Source: Deltaproteobacteria bacterium (GTDB taxonomy: Bacteria > Desulfobacterota > Dissulfuribacteria > Dissulfuribacterales > JALVPX01). Taken from it: a stretch of 64,000 nucleotides of DNA. The notes under the pieces were generated by a model. That model saw only the letters and a program-made list of their open reading frames with translations, was not told the origin of the DNA and did not search any database. The translations under genes were made by a program, and so were the position numbers. Below, piece after piece: positions 35,507 to 46,140 of the stretch. Location of the stretch: the NCBI GenBank assembly GCA_027023445.1, contig JALVVK010000012.1:1139-65138 (forward strand), read 5' to 3'. The stretch's first letter is position 1; the number at the start of each line of letters is the position of its first letter.

Positions 35507-36210
35507 TAATTCCCATTTCCCCTCCTTCCCGAAGGATGCAGCCTTATTATGGTGTTCCGCCATGACATCTTCAGGTTGATTTTAAGCAGTACCGGGAGGG
35601 GAAGTGGGCGGGTGACCACCTCCACCCTGCCGTTCTTGATGGCCTGGATGACGGCCTCAGGATGAGGCTCGGCATCGATCAGGGAGTAGGTGGTGTGAAA
35701 CTGGAGACGCTGATGGGCGTCAGAGGTGCCAACCATGGGAAGGCCATATTGCCTGGCCACCCGTATTGCCTTTTTGTTAAAGTCAATGAAGCGGCTGTAG
35801 AAGTGGCAGTGTTCAATGGCGTCAAAGAGCTGTATGTGTTTTATCAGCTCGTTTCCGAGTGCGAGATGGCTGGGATAAAAGGGGTGCGGGGCAATGACCA
35901 GGCTGTTCCGGGTCCTGACCCTGGCAAGGCTTTTCATATCCGAGCGCGAGATGTCTTCAAAGGCGAGGTTGTACAGGAGGACGTGCCGTTTGCGTATGGA
36001 GGCCTCCATGCCGGGAATCAGCACGATTCCCCGTTCCGCGGCGTAATCCCGCAGGTATTTACTGTAGCAAACCTGGTTGTGGTTGGTGATGGCAAGGACC
36101 GAGTAGCCCAGTTCATGCGCCCTGTCTATGAGTTCTTTGGCGGTGTAAAGAATCAGGTCTTCAGGGTCTTCCGCCGTATGGATATGTAGATCAGCCTTGA
36201 GTCTTTTCAT
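35506..36210 (-). CDS. PHP-family metal-dependent phosphoesterase
   Basis: 'ADLHIHTAEDPED', 'AITNHN' and 'GTSDAHQ' are PHP-domain His/Asp motifs. Confidence 0.8.
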   Translation of the reverse strand: MKRLKADLHIHTAEDPEDLILYTAKELIDRAHELGYSVLAITNHNQVCYSKYLRDYAAERGIVLIPGMEASIRKRHVLLYNLAFEDISRSDMKSLARVRTRNSLVIAPHPFYPSHLALGNELIKHIQLFDAIEHCHFYSRFIDFNKKAIRVARQYGLPMVGTSDAHQRLQFHTTYSLIDAEPHPEAVIQAIKNGRVEVVTRPLPLPVLLKINLKMSWRNTIIRLHPSGRRGNGN

Positions 36211-36255
36211 GTCTGTCCTGCCGGTTCCCCGGGTATCCGGGACGCCCGGGCCGGA

Positions 36256-36750
36256 TCAATGCGGGTTTCTCCTGATACGGATCCGGTAGAGTATTGGAGA
36301 CAGGATAAGTTCCAGGAGGGTGAACACAATCACGATGCCCAGCACCTCTTCCATGGAAATATACAGCTCTTCCCTGAGAAGATACAGGGGTAAGCTCGAT
36401 TCGAGTCCCTGATCGAGCCCGATTGCCTTCTGCCCGCTCCTTTTACCGAGCCGTCGTTTTATGAAGCTGGATATGAGGTCCCCTGCCATGGACCAGCACG
36501 CAAGTTTTGCCCCGAGGATCGGTCCGGCATATGTAAGGGATGCCGCGGCCGAGGTGCCCGCCACGGCAAAGACAAGACCTCTCCATGTCTTGTGCGGGCC
36601 AAAGACGGGTTTGCGGTCAGGCCAGATGAAACCGAGATCAATGGGGGCGGCGAACCGATCCTTTAAGGCAAGCCTGCCCAGGATGGGTAAAAAATTGCAC
36701 CAGCCAAGAAGCGCTAAAAGGATAATGTCCCTGGTCAGGATAGGCCACAT
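36256..36750 (-). CDS. DUF46 / CDP-archaeol synthase (CarS)-like small membrane protein
   Basis: 'FGPHKTWRGLVFAVAG' and 'AGDLISSFIKRRLGKRSGQKAIGLDQ' resemble CarS/CdsA-type cytidylyltransferase motifs. This is a by-eye family assignment. Its start lies 1 nt from the RND gene stop. Confidence 0.5.
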   Translation of the reverse strand: MWPILTRDIILLALLGWCNFLPILGRLALKDRFAAPIDLGFIWPDRKPVFGPHKTWRGLVFAVAGTSAAASLTYAGPILGAKLACWSMAGDLISSFIKRRLGKRSGQKAIGLDQGLESSLPLYLLREELYISMEEVLGIVIVFTLLELILSPILYRIRIRRNPH

Positions 36751-36751
36751 C

Positions 36752-39700
36752 TCAGAGAACCAGCCTTTTTTCCTCCTTCATCCGGTGGTCAAGGTAGAAG
36801 AGAATGGGCACCACCATCCTGGAAAACAGCGTGGCCGCGACCTCGCCTGCCATGAGCGAGATGGCAAGGCCCTGGAATATGGGGTCAAAGAGTATCACAA
36901 TGGAACCCACTATCACTGCCGAGGATGTTAGAAGCATGGGCCTGAATCTTACTGCGCCCGCGTCGATCACTGCCTCTTCAAGGGGCATTCCTTCCCCGAG
37001 CCTGAGTTCGATGAAGTCCACCAGTATTATGGAGTTCCTGACCACGATTCCAGCGCCGGCTATGAATCCGATCATGGATGTGGCGGTAAAGAAGGCGCCC
37101 ATCATGGCATGGGCCGGGATAATGCCAATAAGGGACAGCGGAATGGGGGAGAGGATGATAAGGGGCACGGAGTATGACCGGAACCACCCCACCACCAGAA
37201 TAAATATGAGGACTATCACCACGGCAAAGGCCCCTCCCATGTCGCGGAATACCTCGTAGGTGACATGCCATTCCCCGTCCCATTTCATGGACCAGTGCGT
37301 GGTGCTGAATGGCTGATGGGTATAGAAGATCTCAAGATGGCCTCCATCGGGGGTCCTGAGTTTTTCAATCTTTTTGTCCATGTTGAGTATGGCGTATATG
37401 GGGCTTTCCTCCACCCCTGCCACATCTCCCGTGACATATACCACTGGCTTTAGGTTTTTATGGTAAATCGGGTGGTCTATCACGGTCTTTTTTATTTTGG
37501 TCAGTTCCGCCAGGCTGACAAGCATGCCACGGGACGAACGCACTCTTATGTTTTTGAGGTCGGGCAGGGAGGATCGTTCCTGCAGGGGAAGCCGGACGAT
37601 TATGGGCACAGCTTCTTTTTCCTCTGGCAGATGCAGAAGCCCCACCCTGCTGCCCGCTACCGTGGCTTTGAGTACCTGAAGGACCCGTGCCGGATCAATC
37701 CCCAGGGCAAGGGCCCTGTCCCTGTCCACGGTGAACCGGTACTCGGTCTGCGGATCATTCATGTACCAGTCCACATCGACCACGCCGTTTGTGTTCTCAA
37801 AGATTTTTTTGACATTCCTGGCAAGCTGTATCTGTTTTTCATAGTCCGGGCCATAGATTTCTGCCACAAGTGTCTGTAACACGGGAGGACCCGGAGGGAT
37901 TTCCGCCACCTTTATTCTGGCCCCGTATTTTTCCGCCACCCGGTCCAGCAGGGGCCTTACCCTTTTTGCTATGGGATGGCTCTGTTCATTTCTCATGTCT
38001 TTTGGCAGGAGATTGACCTGGATATCCGCCACGTTTGGCCCCCGCCTGAGGTAGTAGTGCCTTACCAGACCGTTAAAGTTGAACGGGGCCGAGGTTCCCA
38101 CGTACAGTTCATAATCAGTGACTTCGGGCTGACCGGCAAGGACCTGTCCCAGTTCTTCCGCCACCCTGGCGGTCTGCTCCAGGGCCGTGCCCTCGGGCAT
38201 GTCAATGATAACCTGGAATTCGCTTTTGTTGTCAAAGGGAAGCATTTTTACAAGGACCATCTTGCTGTAGATCATGGAGCAGGCCAGGACAAAACACAGA
38301 AACACAAATCCCAGGAATCCCCAGCGCCAGGCAGTGCTTTTGATAAGGTGGCCCATAATCTCGCGGTAGATCCGGTTCAGCCATCCCTCGGTCTCTTCCT
38401 TGTGAGTCGTTTCCCTGCCCAGTATGTGATATGCGGTCCATGGAGTTATCAGGAAGGATATGATCATGGAGATGAACATGGCAACCGATGCCCCCACCGG
38501 CATGGGTCGCATGTAGGGTCCCATGAGTCCCCGGACAAAGGCAAGTGGCAGTATGGCCACGATAACCGTGAAGGTGGCAAGTATAAGGGGGCTTCCGACC
38601 TCAACCACGGCCTCGGAGATTACGTCTTTCAGCCGGCGTCCCTTGTTTTTGGGAAGGCGCAGGTGGCGGACGATGTTTTCCACCCCGACTATAGGGTCAT
38701 CCACCAGGATTCCTATGCAGAATATAAGGGCGAACAGGGTTACCCTGTTCAGTGTGTAGCCGTGGAAATAGTAGATAAAAAGAGTGAAGGCCAGGGTGAC
38801 CGGTATGGCCACGAGGACCACCAGGCTCGCTCGCACGCCAAGGAGCAGGGACATGAGAATGGCCACGGAGATGGTGGCTATGGCCAGGTGCTCCAGGAGT
38901 TCGTTGGATTTTTCCTTGGCGGTTTCTCCGTAATTCCTGGTGACCACGATGTGCATGTCATCTGGTATGAGGTGGCCCCTGAGACCTTCAACCTTGGCCA
39001 GGATCTTGCGGGCAAGTTCAGTGGCGTTCAGTCCCTTTCTCTTGGACACCGCTATGGTTACCGCGGGCCGCATCTGTCCCGGCCTCAGGCCGATTCCCTT
39101 GATACGGGCGCCGGGTCCTGCCCCTAACATTACGTATGAGGACGGTTCCGCCGGCCCGTCCAGGACCTTGGCGATCTGCCCGAGAAACACGGGTCTTCCG
39201 TCTACCACCTTTATGATCGTATTTTCCACGTCCTTTTTGCTGGAGAAAAAATTGTCAAGACGGATGGAAAATGCCTGATTGTCCGAGGTGATGTCGGATA
39301 TCCATGAGGCCTGGTTCTGGGAAGACAGGGCATGGATCACGTCCGCCGCGTCCAGATGCAGGCTGGCCAGGCGTTCGGGCAACAGGTTCACCCTCAACTG
39401 TCTTTTGAGGCCTCCCTTGATGTATACCTCGCTTATTCCGTCTATGGAGCGTATCTGGTCCTGGAGTTGGTCCGCGATTTCTCTCAGGGTAAGGCTGTCA
39501 TACCCATTTCCCCACAGCGTAAGCGCGACTATGGGGACATCATTTATGGAGTGGGATTTGATCAGCGGCCTGCTGCAGCAGCCGGGTATTACGCCGTTCA
39601 GATGGGAAAAGAGCTTGTCATATACCTTTACCAGGCTGCGTTCCGTGTCTTCCCCTACCCGGAAACGAACAACGGTAAGGGCGCGGCCCGGCATCGCGGT

Positions 39701-39985
39701 GGAATAGACGTATTTAACCCCTGGAATTTCCCATGCGAGCCGTTCCACAGGGGCGACTACCCGGTTTTCCACCTCCTTTGCCGAGGCGCCTGGCATGTTT
39801 ATCATGATATCCACCATGGGCACAAGAATCTGAGGTTCCTCTTCGCTCGGGGTAAAGAGGATGGCAAAGAGGCCCAGGAGAAGACTTGCGATAATAATTA
39901 TCGGTGTCAGCTTCGAATCTACAAAGGCCTCTACAATACCGGTCAGAAAGTGGGGCCTGTGCGGCGGGCATGCCTGTTTATTCAA
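36752..39985 (-). CDS. RND efflux transporter permease (AcrB/AcrD/AcrF family)
   Basis: 1077 aa with a 12-TM architecture and two large periplasmic loops. 'ALIFCIGILVDDPIVGVENIVRH' is present. There is an 8-nt overlap with the adaptor gene. Confidence 0.93.
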   Translation of the reverse strand: MNKQACPPHRPHFLTGIVEAFVDSKLTPIIIIASLLLGLFAILFTPSEEEPQILVPMVDIMINMPGASAKEVENRVVAPVERLAWEIPGVKYVYSTAMPGRALTVVRFRVGEDTERSLVKVYDKLFSHLNGVIPGCCSRPLIKSHSINDVPIVALTLWGNGYDSLTLREIADQLQDQIRSIDGISEVYIKGGLKRQLRVNLLPERLASLHLDAADVIHALSSQNQASWISDITSDNQAFSIRLDNFFSSKKDVENTIIKVVDGRPVFLGQIAKVLDGPAEPSSYVMLGAGPGARIKGIGLRPGQMRPAVTIAVSKRKGLNATELARKILAKVEGLRGHLIPDDMHIVVTRNYGETAKEKSNELLEHLAIATISVAILMSLLLGVRASLVVLVAIPVTLAFTLFIYYFHGYTLNRVTLFALIFCIGILVDDPIVGVENIVRHLRLPKNKGRRLKDVISEAVVEVGSPLILATFTVIVAILPLAFVRGLMGPYMRPMPVGASVAMFISMIISFLITPWTAYHILGRETTHKEETEGWLNRIYREIMGHLIKSTAWRWGFLGFVFLCFVLACSMIYSKMVLVKMLPFDNKSEFQVIIDMPEGTALEQTARVAEELGQVLAGQPEVTDYELYVGTSAPFNFNGLVRHYYLRRGPNVADIQVNLLPKDMRNEQSHPIAKRVRPLLDRVAEKYGARIKVAEIPPGPPVLQTLVAEIYGPDYEKQIQLARNVKKIFENTNGVVDVDWYMNDPQTEYRFTVDRDRALALGIDPARVLQVLKATVAGSRVGLLHLPEEKEAVPIIVRLPLQERSSLPDLKNIRVRSSRGMLVSLAELTKIKKTVIDHPIYHKNLKPVVYVTGDVAGVEESPIYAILNMDKKIEKLRTPDGGHLEIFYTHQPFSTTHWSMKWDGEWHVTYEVFRDMGGAFAVVIVLIFILVVGWFRSYSVPLIILSPIPLSLIGIIPAHAMMGAFFTATSMIGFIAGAGIVVRNSIILVDFIELRLGEGMPLEEAVIDAGAVRFRPMLLTSSAVIVGSIVILFDPIFQGLAISLMAGEVAATLFSRMVVPILFYLDHRMKEEKRLVL

Positions 39986-41174
39986 GGCGGAGACCCTCCC
40001 TGAGCTCGTTCAGGCTGGATGTGGCTATCTCCTCATCAGGGCTGAGGCCGCTCAGGACCTGGACAAAGGCAGCCGTATCCGTGCCGGAGGCGGGCGTGAA
40101 GGTTCCTGCCTTGTCCCGTATCCAGGCGGAGCCGGTTTTTATCACCCTCCAGTGGAGGCTCCTGTTGGCATCCACGGTAAACACACCCTCAATGGCACCC
40201 CTTTTTACCACTGAGGAGGCGGGTATGAGCATGGCGTTCATGGTCCCGGTCTGTATTCGCATTCTGCCGAAAAGCCCGCTTCTGCTCACGGATTCCGGCA
40301 GGGCTACCTTGGCCAGAAATGTATGGGAGGCGGGATCCACGTGGGGGATTACCCTGGATATGCGGGTTTTAAGGTAAAGGCCCATGGCCGGTATCGTAAC
40401 CTGAACAGGAGTACCCGCGTGGACTACCTTTAACAGAGATTCATCTATGCCTGCCGTGAGCCATACACCCTTGTCCCTGGAGTCTATCTTTATGAAGGGA
40501 ACTCCTGGGTTGACAAAGGTCCCCGGATCGGCCAGCCGACTTGTGATCCATCCGTTTACAGGGGAGGTTATTCTGACGTATGAGAGTTGGTTCCGGGCCT
40601 CTGATATCCGGGCATCGATTTCCCTTACCCTGGATGAATAGGCCCGGACCTGGTCCCTGAGAGCGAGATACGTTGCCCTTGAGCGGTCATATTCAGCCTG
40701 TGTTGCCGCATCTTCCCTGAGCAAGGTTTCAAACCGTCTGAAGTCGGCCCGGGCATAGGCAAGGCGGGCCTGAAGGGCCGATTTCTGGTCAAGGGCGGCG
40801 TTTCTCGATGCCTTCAGCGCCGCCAGCCTTGCCCGAACATCTTTTTCGTCCAGAACTACAAGAAGCTGCCCTTTTTTTACCCTGGTTCCCTCTTCCACCA
40901 GCACCTGTTTCACATAACCGGGCATCTTGGCTGAAAGGCTGACCGCGACCATTGCCTCTGTGCGGGCCGGGAATGTCCTCAGCACCGGAAGGCTCGCGTA
41001 TATGACCCTGGCTGTGGCGGCCTTCACGCCTGCCTTGGGGCCATTCTGTCCGTTGGCCGAATCGCTTCCGCCGTGGCAGGCGCAGACAAGAAACAGAAGG
41101 GTTGATAAAAGGGATATCAGAGAGGCTCGGGCGGATATCATTACCGATGCTCCTTTTGCGGGTGAAGGGTTCAC
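39978..41174 (-). CDS. RND periplasmic adaptor (membrane-fusion protein, HlyD family)
   Basis: Lipoprotein-type signal 'LLFLVCAC', lipoyl-like 'YVKQVLVEEGTRVKKGQLLVVLD', and a coiled-coil hairpin. Confidence 0.9.
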   Translation of the reverse strand: MNPSPAKGASVMISARASLISLLSTLLFLVCACHGGSDSANGQNGPKAGVKAATARVIYASLPVLRTFPARTEAMVAVSLSAKMPGYVKQVLVEEGTRVKKGQLLVVLDEKDVRARLAALKASRNAALDQKSALQARLAYARADFRRFETLLREDAATQAEYDRSRATYLALRDQVRAYSSRVREIDARISEARNQLSYVRITSPVNGWITSRLADPGTFVNPGVPFIKIDSRDKGVWLTAGIDESLLKVVHAGTPVQVTIPAMGLYLKTRISRVIPHVDPASHTFLAKVALPESVSRSGLFGRMRIQTGTMNAMLIPASSVVKRGAIEGVFTVDANRSLHWRVIKTGSAWIRDKAGTFTPASGTDTAAFVQVLSGLSPDEEIATSSLNELREGLRLE

Positions 41175-42553
41175 ATGTTTTCCTGGTTAAGAAGTACCCC
41201 TGCCTTGTGTTCCAGACGGGCCAGCGCTGTTTTAACGTCGAATTTCGCCTGGGCCTGCCTGACCTCTGCCTCCTTGAGAAAGGTATCGGCAGAGAGTAAT
41301 TCAACCATCAGGGCCAGGCCGTTTTCATATCGGCTTTTAAGTATCCGGAGTGTTTCTTTGGCCTTGTCCACGGCCCTGGCTGTTACATCCAGTTGTTTCC
41401 TGGCGGTAAGAAGGTCAAAATAAGCCTTGCGTACCTGGAGATCCACCTGGCTGCGTATCTCGGCGGCCCTGGCCTCTGCCTTTTTTTCTTCCGCTTCCGC
41501 TGCCCTCAGTCTGGCCCTGTCTCCAAGACCGTTGAAAAGGTTGATTGAGGCAATGGCCATGAGACTCCATGAATCGCCATCCGCGCTGCCTATGTCTTGC
41601 GCGTCAGATTCATATGTGCCCTGGAGGTTGACAGAGGGCAGGAAACGCCATCTGGCGCCCCTGGATTTAAGTCTGGCCATCTCAAGGCCCTGTTCCGCCC
41701 GGTGTATTTCCGGCCTGTGGGCATGGGCCATCTGGATCCAGTAGGCAATATCCCTTTTCTGGAGTTCCGTGTCAGGCACGGGCTGAAGATCCCAGCGAAT
41801 ATCCTGGTCTTCACCCATGGCCTGGTTGAGCCCCGCCATGGCTATATCAAGATTGCCCTCGGCCCTTAAAAGCTGTCTTTCAATGTCGATTCTCTGCACC
41901 TCTGCGGCCAGCACGTCGGATTTAAGGGCCAGGCCGGCCCTGTGCCTTTTTGCCGCCAGGTCTTCGTGCGCTTGCGCGGTTTTCAGGGCATTTTTAAGCA
42001 CGTTTACCGATTCTTTGGCCAGCAACACCTTGTAATAGGCGTTTTCCACGGCAAAGGCCACGGCCTGGGAAACCGTGCTCCTGTCAAGAACGGCAATGTT
42101 TTCGGCTACCCTGGAAAGCCTGTAGCCAATGTATTCCCTCCCCTGGTTGAACAGGGGCTGGGTCAATACAATCCTGGTCTGGAGGTTGCTTCTTGGCCCC
42201 GGATCATTAAGCCTGTTAATGGCAAAGTCCTGTTGGGTAAACATCTCCTGGGAAAGCTTGTAGGTAAAGACCATGGGTGGGCTGTTCGTTCTTGAGAGCG
42301 TTTCAAAAAGATCCAGCCTTGGGAAAAAGGCGCTCCTGGCGATGGCCGTGTCAGCCCTGGCTGCGCTGCGGGAGGCATCTGCCCCCTGGACGGACGGGTT
42401 TTTGGAAAGGGCCGTCCGGAGCGCCTTTTCAAGGGTTAACTTTGGCGCCTTGCTCTGAGCGTTCGCAAAGGGGCAGACAATCAGGGCAAGGAGCAGGACC
42501 AGGATGGATAAGGGCGTGCGTAGAGGATATCGGAAACAGGAAATCATTTTCAT
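41171..42553 (-). CDS. TolC-family outer membrane efflux protein
   Basis: Signal peptide followed by two OEP repeats, 'LTLEKALRTALSKNPSVQ' and 'DIAYWIQMAHAHRPEI'. There is a 4-nt overlap with the adaptor gene. Confidence 0.9.
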   Translation of the reverse strand: MKMISCFRYPLRTPLSILVLLLALIVCPFANAQSKAPKLTLEKALRTALSKNPSVQGADASRSAARADTAIARSAFFPRLDLFETLSRTNSPPMVFTYKLSQEMFTQQDFAINRLNDPGPRSNLQTRIVLTQPLFNQGREYIGYRLSRVAENIAVLDRSTVSQAVAFAVENAYYKVLLAKESVNVLKNALKTAQAHEDLAAKRHRAGLALKSDVLAAEVQRIDIERQLLRAEGNLDIAMAGLNQAMGEDQDIRWDLQPVPDTELQKRDIAYWIQMAHAHRPEIHRAEQGLEMARLKSRGARWRFLPSVNLQGTYESDAQDIGSADGDSWSLMAIASINLFNGLGDRARLRAAEAEEKKAEARAAEIRSQVDLQVRKAYFDLLTARKQLDVTARAVDKAKETLRILKSRYENGLALMVELLSADTFLKEAEVRQAQAKFDVKTALARLEHKAGVLLNQENM

Positions 42554-43154
42554 GCATTACGACCTTTCATAACCCTTTGTCATGACGGATTATCTGGACA
42601 GCGGCCAGAAGATAAGTCCACGGCAAAAGGTTAGGATGCTTATTATTTTGATTTTATTAAAATTTTTTAAATAGCTGTATTATATCAGCAGCAGGGCGCG
42701 AGATCAAATCCGGTAATCGAACACGGGTTTCGATAACAGGGCCCGTATTATCAGTACCGGTTATTGGACGATAATTGGGCCTTACCCTGCCCTCCTTTTC
42801 GGTACGGATCCTGCGGATCAACATGACGCCTCCCGGATTCTTGACATATGCCGTATCCATATGTTATTCTTACATATCTATGTATCGTTCCCGTATCCTG
42901 AGGGGATAGGGTACAGGATTTCTCTCGCCGTCTTATATCTCCATTGGATTTGCAAGCCCTGAGATCTCTTCATCCATGGTTTGGCGCAAGGGTCTTTTAT
43001 TCATGTCATGTTCCAAGCAAAAATAACGATATAAATGGTAAGGGACTACAGTGGGTTTTAGCAGACAATATCGTGAGGAATAACGGCAAGGTCACCTCGT
43101 TCATTGCGGATTTCCAGAGGCGGGTAAAGGATCATCCCGGATGATACACCTCAA

Positions 43155-45905
43155 GTGTCTAAGGAGGGTAATTTTATTGAATTTCAAATGAAGATCTCAG
43201 GCCATGTTTCATGGCACAGCATGTCAGCAGATGAAATCCCTGCCCGGCTGGAAACGGATCCGGAAAAGGGGCTCTCTCAAGACGAAGTCCTGCGGCGACA
43301 GGGGCGCCTTGGCCTCAACATACTGACGTTCAAGGGTGGCAAGCCTGCATGGCTGCGTTTCCTGCTCCAGTTTCACCAGCCACTGATCTACATCCTCGTC
43401 GCCTCAGGCATCATCACCGCGGGGTTGCAGGAGTGGGTCGATTCGGGCGTGATCTTCGGGGTGGTGCTGGTCAACGCCATAGTTGGTTACCTCCAAGAGA
43501 CAAGGGCGGAGAATGCCCTGGCCGCCCTGGCCGACACCATGGTGGCCGAGGCCACGGTGTTGCGTGAGGGTGAGAGGCGGCGTGTCCCATCCACAGATCT
43601 GGTGCCCGGCGACATCGTTCTGCTCCAGGCCGGTGACAAGGTGCCGGCTGACCTGCGGCTTTTGCGGTGCCGCGAGCTGCAGGTGGCGGAATCGGCTCTC
43701 ACCGGTGAGTCGATTCCCGTTGAAAAAGACGTCGGGCCCCTGGAGTCCGAAACCTTGTTAGCCGAACGGCGCAACATGGCCTATGGCTCAACCATGGTCA
43801 CACATGGCAGGGCCACCGGCATCGTGGTCGCCACGGGCGACCACACCGAGGTGGGCCGGATCTCCCGCCTGATCTCCTCGGTCCAGGGGCTGGAGACACC
43901 GCTGACCAGGAAGATCACCCGGTTCAGCCACGTGCTGCTCTGGGCCATACTGAGCCTGGCCGCCCTCACGGTGGGAGTCGGCCTGCTGCGCGGCCAGTCG
44001 TTCTTCGATATGTTCCTGGCTGCCGTGGCCCTGGCCGTGGGCGCCATCCCAGAGGGGCTGCCTGCCGCAGTCACCATCACCCTGGCGATAGGCGTGGCCC
44101 GCATGGCTCGTCGCCGGGCCATCGTCCGCAGGCTGTCCGCCGTGGAGACCCTGGGCAGCACCACGGTGATCTGTTCCGACAAGACCGGCACGCTCACCAA
44201 GAACCAGATGACGGTCCAGGCCATAGCGGCCGGTTTTGTCCACTACGAGGTAAGCGGTGCCGGTTATGCGCCGCTGGGCCGTATCGTCCGGCAGGACGGG
44301 ATTGACGACGCCGTGTCACCGGCCCTGGCCGAATGCCTGCGCGCAGGCGTGCTCTGCAACGACTCCAGGCTGTATGAAAAGGATGGCCTCTGGCAGGTAC
44401 AGGGCGATCCAACCGAGGGCGCCCTGCTGGCCGCTGCGGCCAAGGCCGGGATCGAAGCGGATGAAGGTGAAGGGTCGCCTCGCCTGGATACCATCCCCTT
44501 TGAATCCCGGCACCAGTACATGGCTACCCTGCATGACGCAGGCGCGGGTAAGCCGCGGCTGGTATATGTCAAGGGAGCAGTGGAGCAGATTCTGGCCCGG
44601 AGCGATACGGCGCTCGATTCCTCCGGCGCGATCGCGTCTCTGGATCGCGAGGCCGTCCAGCAGCAGGTCACCCGGATGGCGGCCCGGGGGCTGCGGGTGC
44701 TGGCCTTTGCCCGCATGGAACTGCCTCCGGGCACCAGGGAGATCCACCATGAAGACGTGGCCGCCGGGCTGACCTTCCTCGGCCTGCAGGGCATGATCGA
44801 CCCTCCCAGGCCCGAGGCGGTGGCGGCCGTCAAGGTCTGCCGCGCCGCAGGGATCAAGGTGAAGATGATCACCGGCGACCACCCGGCCACTGCCGCGGCC
44901 ATTGCCGGTCAAATGGGCCTCTACAGTGGTCCTGTTGACGCCATAGGTCCGGGCGGCGTGCTTACCGGGCGGGAGTTGGAAGAGATCCCGGACGATGCGC
45001 TGCCGTATGCGGCCGAGAAAACCAATGTCTTTGCCAGGGCCACCCCGAAGCAAAAGATTCGGCTGGTACGAGCCCTGCAGTCCCGGGGCCACGTAGTGGC
45101 CATGACCGGTGACGGCGTCAACGATGCGCCGGCACTCAAGCAGGCTGATATCGGGGTGGCCATGGGCATCACCGGTACGGACGTCGCCAAGGAGGCCGCG
45201 GACATGGTGCTCACCGACGACAACTTCAGTTCCATAGAGGCGGCGGTGGAGGAAGGCCGCGGCGTGTTCGACAACCTGACCAAGTTCATCGTATGGACCC
45301 TGCCCACCAACCTGGGAGAGGGACTGGTCATCTTGACGGCCATCTTCTTAGGCATCACCCTGCCCATCCTTCCGGTCCAGATCCTGTGGATCAACATGAC
45401 GACCGCCGGCTTCCTGGGCCTGATGCTGGCCTTTGAGCCCAAGGAACCGGGAATCATGCAGCGGCCACCACGCGATCCCGGCACCCCGATTCTCACCAGG
45501 GAACTGCTCATCCGGATCCTGCTGGTGGGCGTCCTGCTGCTCGCCGGGGCATTCGGTCTTTTCAAATGGGAGAGGATGCAGGGAAGCAGCCTTGAAGAGG
45601 CGCGCACCGTGGCGGTCAACGCCTTTGTGATCATGGAACTCTTCTACCTGTTCAACTGCCGTTCGCTCACCAAGTCGGTCTTCCAGCTGGGGTTCTTCTC
45701 CAACGCCCGGCTTTTTGCCGGGGTCAGTGCCATGCTCCTGCTGCAGCTCGCTTACACCTACTTGCCGCTGATGAACCACCTGTTCCAGTCCAGCGCCATC
45801 GGCATCGACTCGTGGGCCTGGATCCTGGCGGCAGGGATGGCGACCTCCCTGGTGGTGGAGGCGGAAAAGAGGCTGCGGAGCAAACGTCATGCCGGCTCTG
45901 CCTGA
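43155..45905 (+). CDS. P-type cation-transporting ATPase (P2 type, Ca2+/SERCA-PMCA-like)
   Basis: Motifs 'TGES', 'IPEGLPA', 'CSDKTGTLT', 'KGAVE', 'MITGDH' and 'TGDGVNDAPALKQADIGVAMG'. ATG 43188 is an alternative start. The gene is markedly GC-rich compared with its neighbours. Confidence 0.93.
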   Translation: MSKEGNFIEFQMKISGHVSWHSMSADEIPARLETDPEKGLSQDEVLRRQGRLGLNILTFKGGKPAWLRFLLQFHQPLIYILVASGIITAGLQEWVDSGVIFGVVLVNAIVGYLQETRAENALAALADTMVAEATVLREGERRRVPSTDLVPGDIVLLQAGDKVPADLRLLRCRELQVAESALTGESIPVEKDVGPLESETLLAERRNMAYGSTMVTHGRATGIVVATGDHTEVGRISRLISSVQGLETPLTRKITRFSHVLLWAILSLAALTVGVGLLRGQSFFDMFLAAVALAVGAIPEGLPAAVTITLAIGVARMARRRAIVRRLSAVETLGSTTVICSDKTGTLTKNQMTVQAIAAGFVHYEVSGAGYAPLGRIVRQDGIDDAVSPALAECLRAGVLCNDSRLYEKDGLWQVQGDPTEGALLAAAAKAGIEADEGEGSPRLDTIPFESRHQYMATLHDAGAGKPRLVYVKGAVEQILARSDTALDSSGAIASLDREAVQQQVTRMAARGLRVLAFARMELPPGTREIHHEDVAAGLTFLGLQGMIDPPRPEAVAAVKVCRAAGIKVKMITGDHPATAAAIAGQMGLYSGPVDAIGPGGVLTGRELEEIPDDALPYAAEKTNVFARATPKQKIRLVRALQSRGHVVAMTGDGVNDAPALKQADIGVAMGITGTDVAKEAADMVLTDDNFSSIEAAVEEGRGVFDNLTKFIVWTLPTNLGEGLVILTAIFLGITLPILPVQILWINMTTAGFLGLMLAFEPKEPGIMQRPPRDPGTPILTRELLIRILLVGVLLLAGAFGLFKWERMQGSSLEEARTVAVNAFVIMELFYLFNCRSLTKSVFQLGFFSNARLFAGVSAMLLLQLAYTYLPLMNHLFQSSAIGIDSWAWILAAGMATSLVVEAEKRLRSKRHAGSA

Positions 45906-46140
45906 GTTAGATCCGGTTCCATGCCTGTCAATAGGGGTAAGTCTTGAATCCGAGGGCTCTCCGGCCCTGCCTTGCCCTCGTTTGATTCGTTGACTTTTAT
46001 CCCATCCTCAGAAATAGGCTTTTAGACAAAATTAAGTCATAATTATTGGAAATTATGCCATTATAGATTCCCTGACCCTGAAGTGCAAAATTCGGGATTA
46101 GCTATTTCACTTATGATCGTTTTCCCTGGTAAGCTACCAA

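Noticed and set aside
37976-39127. 383-aa + strand ORF (and several others) inside the RND permease gene
   Set aside because: It is antisense to a complete 1077-aa RND transporter. The sequence is His/Gly/Asp-rich and looks like nonsense.
42657-43144. Two small ORFs (67 aa on the minus strand, 66 aa on the + strand with a TTG start) in the 600-nt tolC / P-type ATPase spacer
   Set aside because: There are no RBS-like sequences and no recognisable motifs. I cannot support them as genes. A TATAAT box (minus strand, 42679-42684) and a TTGACA (42841-42846) are present, but I could not pair either with a properly spaced partner element.
42840-43154. Possible metal riboswitch (yybP-ykoY Mn2+ or M-box Mg2+) in the long leader of the P-type ATPase
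   Set aside because: I looked for the conserved GGGGAGUAG ... UUGACAUA ... arrangement. Only loose fragments are present ('ggggatagg', 'ttgacatatg'), and they occur in the wrong order. A covariance-model scan (Rfam RF00080/RF00380) would settle the question.
43349-45890. Many 60-260-aa ORFs in all frames across the P-type ATPase gene
   Set aside because: They are a by-product of the very high GC content, which makes stop codons rare. Only the 916-aa frame carries the P-type ATPase motifs.
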